The notes under the pieces were generated by a model that worked only from the letters and a program-made list of their open reading frames with translations, was not told the origin of the DNA and did not search any database. From the NCBI GenBank assembly GCA_050295515.1, contig JBNKPU010000168.1, positions 47,899-111,898 of the forward strand: a DNA stretch of 64,000 bases, given 5' to 3'. Below are positions 20,883 to 30,582 of the stretch, piece after piece. The DNA is from Bacteroidales bacterium. GTDB lineage: Bacteria > Bacteroidota > Bacteroidia > Bacteroidales > UBA10428. A program made the position numbers and the translations under genes. Every line of letters starts with the position of its first letter. The first letter of the stretch is position 1.

Positions 20883-21152
20883 TGAACATGGAGCAGTGAT
20901 CGGGATGAGTTGTTGGCAGGGTTGGCACCTTTAGGGATTAGGGTTAGCGGAGCGAAAAGTGAAGGATGAAGAGGAAGGAAATTATTAGCTTATTGCGAGC
21001 AGGACGGACGGCAAGGCATGGAATCCCGATAGTTTAGGGAGACCAATGTGATCTGTAATTTTATCTGATGCTAATTGTCAGGCATTCATCAAACAAAATG
21101 CATCGGAATATTAATTCGTAAGGCAGATAAAAAAGACAGTGTAATACCGGGG

Positions 21153-21584
21153 TTAGACAATAGTCTTAACCCTTTTTTTTTGAAAGGATAAAAATAAAAT
21201 AAATACCACCAGCCCAGCAAAGACTCCTAAAATATTCGCCAGTAAATCGTTGATATTGAAGGTGCGATAAGGCAGGTAATATTGAATAAATTCGGTAATA
21301 AAGGCAAAAAGAATACCTGAAAGTATTTTAATATTAAGTCTTTTGGTATAAGCCATATGAAATAACCTGGCAAAAGGTAGGTATAAAAAGAAATGAATTA
21401 AGTAATCTGCACGGAATTCCATTTTGAGCATTGGCAAATGAATATGTTTGCTTTTGCTAAAGGGGATAACTGATAAAACTAAAAGAGCAAATATATATGA
21501 GAAAAATATAAACTTACTTTTTTTGTAAAAGGAAATTTTATTTGAAAAAAGATGTATTAGATGCAATTTTAAGCGGTTTTTCAC
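21153..21584 (-). CDS. VanZ-like membrane protein
   Basis: 143 aa with 4 TM helices. The C-terminal NINDLLANILGVFAGL motif is typical of the VanZ family. Confidence 0.6.
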   Translation of the reverse strand: MKNRLKLHLIHLFSNKISFYKKSKFIFFSYIFALLVLSVIPFSKSKHIHLPMLKMEFRADYLIHFFLYLPFARLFHMAYTKRLNIKILSGILFAFITEFIQYYLPYRTFNINDLLANILGVFAGLVVFILFLSFQKKRVKTIV

Positions 21585-21596
21585 ATTAAAAATAAC

Positions 21597-22775
21597 CTAT
21601 ATACTAATATTATATTTTATAATTGCCGATAAGCATCTTTCTGCTGTTTGTCCATCCCATAGTTCAGGGCGGACTGGCTTTCGAAGCTTTTCCATTGTAT
21701 TAAAGTATTCCTTACGAATTCTCTCAACATTATTACCTACCAACACACTGGCACCACCATTTTCTCTGAGTGTAACCGGACGTTCGGTATTCCATCTCAA
21801 TGTTAAACATGGTGTCCCTAATACAGTGCATTCTTCTTGAAGCCCACCACTATCTGTTAACATTATTTTTGCATCCATGTTTAACCGCAACATAGCGTGA
21901 TAACCAAGCGGATGCAACAGAATTAATTCTTTACAAGCAATAACCTTATCCCACAATCCGAAAGTTTTAATTTGTTTCTCCGTTCTAGGATGAATAGGCC
22001 AAATAATATTAAGATCTTTTGAAACTTCTTCGGTTAAGAAGCTCAAAATTTGAGATAATATATCTTTATCATCAACATTTGATGGCCGGTGCAAAGTCAT
22101 CAAAGCATATTTATTTTCCCCCTTTAAAACTTGTCTGCTATTGACGGTTTGTTCAATCTTGTTTTCTGATAATGTGTTTTCAGTAATTATCTGCTCAATA
22201 TTAATTTTTTCAGCTTTAGACCTTTGTGACTCAAGCGTATCAATCATAATGTTCCCGACAAATTTTATTTGTTCAGGTAAGACACCTTCGTTTAAAAGAT
22301 TCTGCTCTGAAAGCTTATCCGGTATTAAAAGTAAATCGCTTAACCTGTCGGTAACCAAACGATTTATTTCTTCGGGCATTTTCATATCTCTACTACGCAG
22401 ACCTGCTTCGATATGACAACATTTAACATGTTCTTTTTTTGCAGTGACAGAACAAGCAAGAGTAGCATTTACATCACCAACCACAACAACCCAATCGGGC
22501 TTTTCTTTTTTAATAACCTTTTCAAAAGCAATCATTGTATTTCCGACCTGCTCTGCATGCGAACCGGAACCAATGCCTAGGTTAATGTCAGCAGGAGGTA
22601 TATCCAATGCTTCAAAAAAGGCCTTTGACATCCGATCGTCGTAATGTTGACCTGTATGAACAAGAATGTGTTCCACTTTATTGTCTGAATAGTTATTATG
22701 CTCCTTAATTACTCTGATGAATGGAGCTATTTTCATAAAATTTGGTCGTGCCCCTACTACGGATATAATTTTCAT
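21597..22775 (-). CDS. wecB: UDP-N-acetylglucosamine 2-epimerase (non-hydrolysing)
   Basis: The motifs MKIISVVGARPNFMKIAP, VHTGQHYD, DSGGLQEE and HRPSNVD are present. Confidence 0.9.
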   Translation of the reverse strand: MKIISVVGARPNFMKIAPFIRVIKEHNNYSDNKVEHILVHTGQHYDDRMSKAFFEALDIPPADINLGIGSGSHAEQVGNTMIAFEKVIKKEKPDWVVVVGDVNATLACSVTAKKEHVKCCHIEAGLRSRDMKMPEEINRLVTDRLSDLLLIPDKLSEQNLLNEGVLPEQIKFVGNIMIDTLESQRSKAEKINIEQIITENTLSENKIEQTVNSRQVLKGENKYALMTLHRPSNVDDKDILSQILSFLTEEVSKDLNIIWPIHPRTEKQIKTFGLWDKVIACKELILLHPLGYHAMLRLNMDAKIMLTDSGGLQEECTVLGTPCLTLRWNTERPVTLRENGGASVLVGNNVERIRKEYFNTMEKLRKPVRPELWDGQTAERCLSAIIKYNISI

Positions 22776-22787
22776 AAAATTTAATAC

Positions 22788-23882
22788 TTAGTTAAATGAC
22801 TCAACTAATTTTGGATTTTCAACTAAATGCTTCTTGCTATCAGGATAATCTTCAATAAACCATGTCAGAAATTTTGCAAGATCAATTTTTTCTGACAACA
22901 TTCTATCCCTTTTTTCTTTTTGCTTTTTAAAGAGCTTCTCATCTTTTACTAATTCTTCTACTTTTAAAAATAATAATTCTATATTAGGAGGTTTTATACC
23001 GTAACCCAGTTGGTATTTATTTTCCAGTTCATCTAAATAGCCAATTCTGCCGACAAAATCGTTAAATCTTACAAATGGGGTACCAAGAACTCCAGCTTCT
23101 GCTGCCATGGTTTGACTGTCGCCAATGTATATTTTTGCGAATGCCATTACATGATGGATATCAAGAGGATTGATAGCCATTCTATATTTTTCCAGTTCCG
23201 ATATCAGTTTAATTTCTGATGTAATATAAACTTTTCCATAAGGACTTAATATCTCAATTAGCTTAAGAGCAATATCAGAATTAATACCTGATATCCCGGT
23301 ATCATGATGTGCTTTAAGTTTAGCAAATCGTAAAATAAAATATGGTTCTTCTGCTGAAAAATATTTCTCAACAATAGATTTATCAGGAACAAAATGATTG
23401 GGATGTAAATAGGCTAGTTCATGATAACTTTGGTATTTTACAGATTTATTTTCCCATTTACCATTATTACAAACAACAGGAGAAAGTATTTCGCTTGCCC
23501 AGGGATAACTAAATTTTGCATAAAAGGGAACAACATCTGCATCATCTTCATTTAAATTTATAGAAGGAATACCCATGAATTTTGTTAAATGAGAATTCTC
23601 GACACTAGTTCCAACCAGAATATCAGGTTTGAATTTTTTAGCAAATTGGCGGGAACGAAAATCTCGTTTTAACATGCCCCACAGTATTCCCAGCTTTGAA
23701 TCTTTCCTCCCTTCAGATAAAATATTTGTGTAAGGTATATCAGCATGTTTAAGCAAATCTTCAAGTATATCTTTTTTCTTTATTAAAACTGCAATATCAT
23801 TTTTTTCGTTTTGAAAATATTTGATTACATTTTTCAATAAATGAAAATGAGCAGGATGCCCTAAATAGAATTGTACACGCAT
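22788..23882 (-). CDS. DUF354-family protein (GT-B-like, unknown function)
   Basis: The N-terminus LGHPAHFHLLKNVI matches my recollection of the DUF354 signature. A TAATG overlap links it to the upstream gene. Confidence 0.6.
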   Translation of the reverse strand: MRVQFYLGHPAHFHLLKNVIKYFQNEKNDIAVLIKKKDILEDLLKHADIPYTNILSEGRKDSKLGILWGMLKRDFRSRQFAKKFKPDILVGTSVENSHLTKFMGIPSINLNEDDADVVPFYAKFSYPWASEILSPVVCNNGKWENKSVKYQSYHELAYLHPNHFVPDKSIVEKYFSAEEPYFILRFAKLKAHHDTGISGINSDIALKLIEILSPYGKVYITSEIKLISELEKYRMAINPLDIHHVMAFAKIYIGDSQTMAAEAGVLGTPFVRFNDFVGRIGYLDELENKYQLGYGIKPPNIELLFLKVEELVKDEKLFKKQKEKRDRMLSEKIDLAKFLTWFIEDYPDSKKHLVENPKLVESFN

Positions 23883-25021
23883 TATTTTAATGACTTAAGT
23901 GTGGATAAAGCAGCAAACATCCACGCGTCGGACCAACGCATAAAAGATGTTCGAATCATATAGTTTTTAAATTTTCTGAAGTAAAAAGATCCATTCTTTT
24001 TCTGCATTTTTTCAATCATCCATTCTGAGACTTTCTGAGCAGACTTCTTATCCCCAAAACGAATAGTTGTAAGTATAGTTTGAGCTGCAGATGTACAATC
24101 TACAGGAAAGAGGTTGTTATTATAAAACCGTGGCATTCCTTCTTCCGTTATAAAAGTATTTCTATAATACGTGTATCCCAAAACTATACTTTCGAACCAT
24201 TGTTTATCGCCCGTTAATTCCTGGTATTCATGCAAGCAATCTAAAACATACCCCGTATGATAATTATCTGTCCAATTACCTTTATTAGCCAATGAGTAAT
24301 TCCAGGAGCCATCTATTTTCTGATTATCAATAACAAAAGCTGTTGCTTCTTTTGCTAGTTGATGGTATTCTTTATTTTTAGTTATATAATATGCCTGTGC
24401 CAGCAGCCTAACACCCTTCATGGACGCATTAAACACCTGTTGCTGATCGAATGGTGAATATGAAAAACAAAAACCTTTTTTAGCCGGAGTTCTGTTTAAA
24501 TCTTTAACAACAAAATCTGCTGCACTTACCACTAAATCAGCTGCTTCTTTATTGCCTGTTTCCTGGTGTGCTATATATAATGCATTTGAAATTATACCTG
24601 TTGCAACGACAGTTGGTTGATAGGCGGGAATTTTTGCATGTCGTGCTTCCCAATCGAAATCGTAGCCCCAACATGTTCCGCTATAACCTTCAGGAATCAA
24701 TGTTTTTAATTCATTTATTAGAAAGTCTATTTTCTGCAGATAAATATCCTGATTGTCTGGTTCTGATTTATACAAGCCTGCATAGGCCTGAATACAAAGG
24801 CCCAGCGTAACTGGATTATACCCTTTTGGAACAAATAACACTGGGCGAATGCTAAAAGGTAAACGTTTTACAAGTTGTTGTGTGCCAAAACGAAGAATTT
24901 TATTTGTTTTTAATACTGGCAGCTTGAAAAATGGTGATTTTAGTGCATCATAGGGATCGTAACCTCTATAATTATTTGTTTCAATGTATTGTTGTAGTTT
25001 TTTTAAACTTTGGTTCAACAT
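23882..25021 (-). CDS. hypothetical protein, possible (alpha/alpha)6-barrel fold
   Basis: 379 aa with repeated aromatic-rich helical hairpin pattern (GYDPYDALKSP, WGYDFDWE, DGSWNY). The assignment is tentative. Confidence 0.45.
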   Translation of the reverse strand: MLNQSLKKLQQYIETNNYRGYDPYDALKSPFFKLPVLKTNKILRFGTQQLVKRLPFSIRPVLFVPKGYNPVTLGLCIQAYAGLYKSEPDNQDIYLQKIDFLINELKTLIPEGYSGTCWGYDFDWEARHAKIPAYQPTVVATGIISNALYIAHQETGNKEAADLVVSAADFVVKDLNRTPAKKGFCFSYSPFDQQQVFNASMKGVRLLAQAYYITKNKEYHQLAKEATAFVIDNQKIDGSWNYSLANKGNWTDNYHTGYVLDCLHEYQELTGDKQWFESIVLGYTYYRNTFITEEGMPRFYNNNLFPVDCTSAAQTILTTIRFGDKKSAQKVSEWMIEKMQKKNGSFYFRKFKNYMIRTSFMRWSDAWMFAALSTLKSLK

Positions 25022-25084
25022 AGATTATTTAGTCAACTGTAAAATAATAACTAACCGATTATTCTTTTAACGTATAATATTTTA

Positions 25085-25345
25085 ATTCTATAAGTTTTTT
25101 AGAAATTTCTGCTAAAACCTGGCAGATTAGCTTTGTAAATTCTTTGTTCTCAAGCCGGACTGGCTCTTACTTTTTATTCACAAGCGTTTATTTTTATATG
25201 GGTTCATGAACTTGCTTTGCTCGGTTCCTTGGATGAAAAAGTAAGCAAAAAATCAAGAAAAGCCTTAGGCCACCCACCTGCCATGTCCAACCCGATTACG
25301 CGAGGCTTTTCATCCGCCCGCACTAACCATCAACATTTGTGCTAT
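25085..25345 (+). repeat. family-2 repeat, copy A (inverted partner at 58195-58480)
   Basis: 25162-25264 equals the reverse complement of 58289-58391 with 1 mismatch in 103 bp (hand alignment). The flanks are more diverged. It contains the long inverted pair cttacttttt/aaaaagtaag and the palindrome gttcatgaac. Confidence 0.85.
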
Positions 25346-25470
25346 ATATTGTTATACAGTATTATGAATTATTTTACGCCCAACTGAGAAGTATATTCTC
25401 AACACTAACTGATGGTTTAAATTAGTCCAAATGCATCTTGGAGATATGAAGATAAAAATTAACCGCCACG

Positions 25471-27618
25471 TTATAAAAGTATTTTTCTGTTTTCGGCAAT
25501 GCTTTGAAGGATCTTAAAAGTGGCCAGTGTGCTTAAATAAGATTCTTCAAATGGAATTGGGCAAGATTCTCTGTTTTTAATTGATTTAAGAAATGCTTGC
25601 ACACCTGCGGCATGTCCCTTGTCCTGTCCTTTATATTTTATCTTTTTCGACCGTTTCCCAAAAAGTTTAAAAGTTTTAAAATCGTCTATTTGAGCTACAG
25701 TTCCTCCACAAAAAACTTCGATGTACTCCTTGGGCACCGATTTATTGCCGTTTGCGAAATAATTTACAGAAGCTACACTTCCATTCGCCATTTTAAGATT
25801 AACAACTACCGTATTGTTTAAGTGATTGGCATCAGGAATTGCTTCGGCGGATACTGATACTATTGGACTATCGGCAATAAACATGGCCAAATCGATAAAA
25901 TGGCATGCTTCGCCAATTATTCGGCCTCCACCAATTTCGGGATCGTTAACCCAATGATCGGGTGGTACGATGCCAGAATTAATACGCATTACAATCGATT
26001 TAAATTGCTCGGGCAGAAAATGTTTTTTTAAAGTTTGAATTGCAGGAGAAAACCTACGGTTAAACCCTACCATCACATGTTTATCACTTTTATCTTTTAT
26101 GGCCTTTTCGTAAGCTTTTTTAATTTCTTCCAGTTCAGTCTCACTCATAGCAAGAGGCTTTTCAACAAACACATGCTTTTGTGCTGCAATGGCCTTTAAT
26201 ACAAATTCGGCATGTAAATTATGACGGGTAGTAATAAAAGTTGTGTTTATGGCCTTATCGGCTACAATATCATTAGCGGTTTCGGCACAGTAATTAAAAC
26301 TGTACTTATTAGCAACATAACTGGCTGTATTGCCTCTACCTGTTGCAACTCCTACAAAATTGCAATGCCCTTTCATATTCGGTAACAGAGAACCCTGGGC
26401 AAAGGTGCCCGCCCCAATAAAACCTACATTAACTTCATCGGGGGCAAAAGTGCTTTTTGCTAACTCAACTTTCCGATTTAAGGTTTTCTTTTCGTCGTAT
26501 TGAATTACAACTCCCGAGAAGGCTTTCTCTCGGGCCAATATCATATTGTATGCATCCGCTGCTTTTTCTAAAGGAAAAGTATGTGAGATAAGAGCTTCGA
26601 TGTTTAAGCGACCACTACTAAGTAAATCAATAAAGCTCTGCATGTTTCTGTTTTCGGTCCAGCGTACATAGCCTATTGGATAATCCACTCCCTTTTCTTC
26701 GTATTGCAAGTCGGAACGGCCCGGACCATAAGAAGAAGACATGCGCAAATCAAGCTCTTTTTTATAATAATTTTTACGACTAAAACCCGTTGGTACAGCA
26801 CCTACAATAACAACTTTAGCTTTTTTACGTGCTACTTCGCCGGCAAACTCAACCGGATCAAGCGAAGAGGTTCCCGCGGTTATAATAACAGCATCACTTC
26901 CGTTGCCCCTGGTAAAATTTTGTATCAGTTCTTCGATTCCTTCCTGATTCCGGTTATAGATATTACCTATTCCGGCATCTTTTGACTGTTGCACCTGTAC
27001 ATCTGAAACATCGATGCCAATAGGATACATTCCCGATGCTTCGAGTATTTTATAAGTCAACTGACCAATTATTCCCATACCGATAATCAGGCAATTCTCG
27101 CCCATTTTTAACTCAGCCTGACGTATGCCCTGTATTGCAATTGCTGCAAGAGTTGAAAATGCAGCCTGTTTTAAATCGATATTTTCGGGAAGCTTTACAG
27201 TTAAATTTTTAGGGACGGCAACAACATCGGCATGCGAGGCTGAGTTGCCTCCACAAGCCACAAAATCGCCAACTTTAAATCCGGTAATATCTTCGGCAAC
27301 AGCTATCACTTCGCCAGCACAGCTATAACCCAATGCTGCCGGTGCTTCAAGCTTATTCATAACCAGTTTGTAGGTAGGTAATAAACCATTGGTTTTTACC
27401 ATGTCGATAACCTGTTTAACTTCTTTCTGACGACTTTTGGCCTTTGCAATATAACCTTTTCGGGCATCGGTAACAGTTTTCCCTTCGGTACCGGCACTTA
27501 TTACTGAAAAATAGTTGCGAACCATTATACAGCCTTTGTTTAGCGCCGGGAAAGGTACTTCGGTAATTTCCATGTGTCCCGATTTAAGTTGTTGAGTAAG
27601 TTGTTGCATACTTGTCAA
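25471..27618 (-). CDS. bi-domain oxidoreductase (MDR zinc-ADH-like N-terminus + Gfo/Idh/MocA C-terminus)
   Basis: The N-terminal half resembles GroES-like/ADH folds, with Rossmann motif LIIGMGIIGQL. The second half carries VGFIGAGTFAQ and EKPLA, typical of Gfo/Idh/MocA. Confidence 0.8.
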   Translation of the reverse strand: MTSMQQLTQQLKSGHMEITEVPFPALNKGCIMVRNYFSVISAGTEGKTVTDARKGYIAKAKSRQKEVKQVIDMVKTNGLLPTYKLVMNKLEAPAALGYSCAGEVIAVAEDITGFKVGDFVACGGNSASHADVVAVPKNLTVKLPENIDLKQAAFSTLAAIAIQGIRQAELKMGENCLIIGMGIIGQLTYKILEASGMYPIGIDVSDVQVQQSKDAGIGNIYNRNQEGIEELIQNFTRGNGSDAVIITAGTSSLDPVEFAGEVARKKAKVVIVGAVPTGFSRKNYYKKELDLRMSSSYGPGRSDLQYEEKGVDYPIGYVRWTENRNMQSFIDLLSSGRLNIEALISHTFPLEKAADAYNMILAREKAFSGVVIQYDEKKTLNRKVELAKSTFAPDEVNVGFIGAGTFAQGSLLPNMKGHCNFVGVATGRGNTASYVANKYSFNYCAETANDIVADKAINTTFITTRHNLHAEFVLKAIAAQKHVFVEKPLAMSETELEEIKKAYEKAIKDKSDKHVMVGFNRRFSPAIQTLKKHFLPEQFKSIVMRINSGIVPPDHWVNDPEIGGGRIIGEACHFIDLAMFIADSPIVSVSAEAIPDANHLNNTVVVNLKMANGSVASVNYFANGNKSVPKEYIEVFCGGTVAQIDDFKTFKLFGKRSKKIKYKGQDKGHAAGVQAFLKSIKNRESCPIPFEESYLSTLATFKILQSIAENRKILL

Positions 27619-29477
27619 TTAATCCATTTCAGATACCATAAACGAAACGAAATTAGAGCATAAAGCAATGCTGAATTATCTTCATTCCCATTTATATGAT
27701 TATTAATAATTTTTTTTATCTGCTCTACGTTGAAAGCAGAGAAATTATTAAAGAAATCCAAGTCGATAAGTTTGGTAGATTTCTCATAGTCGGATAGGAT
27801 GCTCCTAAGTGGCATTCCAAAACCAGCTTTCCTCCTATTAATTAAATCGTCAGGCAATATTGATTTATAAGTATCTTTTAATATTTTTTTTGTGGTAAGG
27901 TTGTCGGCAATTTTATACTTTCTTGGTAAGCTATACGCAAAATCAGCAATTCGTTTATCTAAAAAGGGCACTCTGCCTTCCATCGCATTAGCCATACACA
28001 TTCGATCTGTGTAGTGTAAGTTTTTAACTAAAAAGTTATCAAGTTCAAACAAAAATAAATTATCAAAGGGGTCTTTTGAATTATTGAAATATTCGTTAAA
28101 AACAGGAATGGAGGTATTCGCGGGTTTATTCAAGATAGAAATTGCATTTTCATAATCTCCCACAATACTAAATAATGCATACTTAAGATTCGCATAACCT
28201 TCGGAATATCTTCCGAATTGCTTCAAATGTCTTTTATACGCTTTGAATCTACCCTTCCCAGGATTTACATTACTAAAAAATAAGCCTAGAGGCTTTGATA
28301 GAATATTTGGGAAAGAATCGAATTTTTGTGAGAGCAATGTCATGATATGACCTTTATAACCACAAAATAATTCATCGGCTCCCATTCCTGATAGTATTAC
28401 CGTTGAGGTTTTTGTTGCTTCTTTCGTTATAAGATATGATGGAATTTGGGAGCCATCGGCAATTAAATCGTCACTATAAAAAAGCGTTTTTGAAATCAGT
28501 TCTTCATTAGCTTCATCTGTACCAATATCTATTGGAACCATATTAAGGTCCCATTTTTTTGCTAATAATTGAGCAAATTCAAAGTCGGAGGTTGTGCCTT
28601 CTTTTTTTAAATCTTTCGATTCCTTTCGAGCTGTATAATGAGTAATATTCTTATTGTCTTTCAGATACCCTGCAATTATTGAGGAATCAATTCCTCCTGA
28701 GAAAAATGTACCAACTGGCACATCTGACATTAATCGCATTTTAACAGAACTTTCTAAAAGATGATAGAGTTCTTCTTTTATCTCAGAATAATTATTCGAA
28801 AGTTGAATTTTACTTACCTGCCAATAACGCTTTATCTCAAGATTAGCACTTTTAATATCAAATGATAAATAATGTGCTGGCTGTAATCGCTTAATATCTC
28901 TAAATAAGGTTTGGCTTTTCGGACTGTATTTAAATACCAAATAATTTTCGATGTTATTTAAATCCAACTCCGGCTTTATACCAAGAGATAATATACCCTT
29001 AATTTCAGATGAAAAAACTAATGACGCCCCGTTGTAATAATAATAAAGCGGTTTTACTCCAAAATGGTCTCTTGCAAGAAAAACCTTATTTTTTCTTCTA
29101 TCGAAAATAGCAAAAGCAAAATCTCCATTTAGTTTTTCAATAAACGATATACCAAATTTAATGTATAATTGAAGTACAACCTCTGTATCAGTTTGGGAAT
29201 GAAATTGAACATCTGATAGGTATTTATCGCGTAATTCTTTAAAGTTATATACTTCTCCATTATAAACAATACTTACTCTCCCATCAGAACTTGACATTGG
29301 TTGATGACCTGAAGGAGATAAGTCGATAATTGATAAGCGTGTTTGAGCAAGGCCAGAATTCAAATCTGGATACCAAATCACTCCTGAATCGTCAGGTCCT
29401 CTATGACCAAGTTGTTTAAGAGCTTCCTTTAATAAATTTTCGCTAGATGTATTTATTGTACCTAATATACCACACAT
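27615..29477 (-). CDS. asparagine synthase-like glutamine amidotransferase (paralog 1)
   Basis: MCGI N-terminal nucleophile, the SGGIDSS PP-loop, and FGMP near the C-terminus. An ATGA overlap links it to the downstream gene. Confidence 0.88.
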   Translation of the reverse strand: MCGILGTINTSSENLLKEALKQLGHRGPDDSGVIWYPDLNSGLAQTRLSIIDLSPSGHQPMSSSDGRVSIVYNGEVYNFKELRDKYLSDVQFHSQTDTEVVLQLYIKFGISFIEKLNGDFAFAIFDRRKNKVFLARDHFGVKPLYYYYNGASLVFSSEIKGILSLGIKPELDLNNIENYLVFKYSPKSQTLFRDIKRLQPAHYLSFDIKSANLEIKRYWQVSKIQLSNNYSEIKEELYHLLESSVKMRLMSDVPVGTFFSGGIDSSIIAGYLKDNKNITHYTARKESKDLKKEGTTSDFEFAQLLAKKWDLNMVPIDIGTDEANEELISKTLFYSDDLIADGSQIPSYLITKEATKTSTVILSGMGADELFCGYKGHIMTLLSQKFDSFPNILSKPLGLFFSNVNPGKGRFKAYKRHLKQFGRYSEGYANLKYALFSIVGDYENAISILNKPANTSIPVFNEYFNNSKDPFDNLFLFELDNFLVKNLHYTDRMCMANAMEGRVPFLDKRIADFAYSLPRKYKIADNLTTKKILKDTYKSILPDDLINRRKAGFGMPLRSILSDYEKSTKLIDLDFFNNFSAFNVEQIKKIINNHINGNEDNSALLYALISFRLWYLKWIN

Positions 29478-29490
29478 AAAATCGACAGGC

Positions 29491-30582
29491 TTAATCTAAT
29501 AATTGATTATAAATATCTAATATTCTACCACTAACTTTCTCGGGAGAGAAGCGTTGTTGAGCCATTAATGCATTTTTAGCTCCTATTCTTTCTCTTAGCT
29601 CTTTACTATTGAATAATTTAACAACATATTCTGCTAGTACTTCCGGATTATTCTCATCAGTGATAAAGCCATTTACATCCGTTTTAAAGAAAGTTGACAA
29701 ACCACCTACATTAGTAGTTATTACAGGTAATCCAAATGCCATTGATTCTAAAACCGATGATGGCATTCCTTCAAAATAAGAAGGGAAGAGGTAAACATTA
29801 GCTTGTCTATAGCAGTCGGCTTTTTCTTTACCTTGCACAAAACCTTTAAATACAACATCTTCTATCTTATTTCGCAAGCAATAATCCTTTACAATTTCCA
29901 ATTCGGTGCCATCACCTGCAATTGTAAGCGATACATTTTCCAACTTTGCTTGTACCAATTGATATGTTTCTATTGCTTCATAAATACCTTTAGTCTTTTC
30001 AATTCTTGCTAGGAATAAAATATTAAATTTTTCGCCAACTTCGGTATTTATATCCTCTAATTTGGGAACAAAAGGTATTAATTGAGTATCAACAACTGTT
30101 GTTTCTAAAAATACTTTCCTCTTATAACCCCAAAGAATTAATTGGTCAATATTTTTTTGACGCAAATCTATTATTGCATCTACCGAAAGATAAATCCTTT
30201 TTAAAACAGAATTAGGAAAAATATTCATCTTAGGAATTAATGCATCGTCCCAACCTCGAAAAAAAACTATGATTTTTAGACGAAACAGTTTACATAAAAC
30301 AATATAAACAGTATCTCTCCATAGAGCATTTTTTGAAAATGAAGTAGTTGTTTGAACGCATTTAATTTTATTTCTAAAAAGGAATTTAGTAAACAACAGG
30401 TAATCAGACAACATGCGAATAAACTCGCTATACCATCCTCCTCTGCTAGGCCAATTTCTTGCTCCTCTTTCTAGATAAAAAATTGACTGAGGAATATTTG
30501 AACGTATGGATTTATAATAATTTGTAATGCCTCCTCGTGCATTTTTACCAGGTATAAGAATTAATATATTTTTATTTGTCAT
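29491..30582 (-). CDS. glycosyltransferase family 4
   Basis: The C-terminal EGMPSSVLESMAFGLPVITTNVGG (E-x7-E type) motif is present. Confidence 0.8.
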   Translation of the reverse strand: MTNKNILILIPGKNARGGITNYYKSIRSNIPQSIFYLERGARNWPSRGGWYSEFIRMLSDYLLFTKFLFRNKIKCVQTTTSFSKNALWRDTVYIVLCKLFRLKIIVFFRGWDDALIPKMNIFPNSVLKRIYLSVDAIIDLRQKNIDQLILWGYKRKVFLETTVVDTQLIPFVPKLEDINTEVGEKFNILFLARIEKTKGIYEAIETYQLVQAKLENVSLTIAGDGTELEIVKDYCLRNKIEDVVFKGFVQGKEKADCYRQANVYLFPSYFEGMPSSVLESMAFGLPVITTNVGGLSTFFKTDVNGFITDENNPEVLAEYVVKLFNSKELRERIGAKNALMAQQRFSPEKVSGRILDIYNQLLD

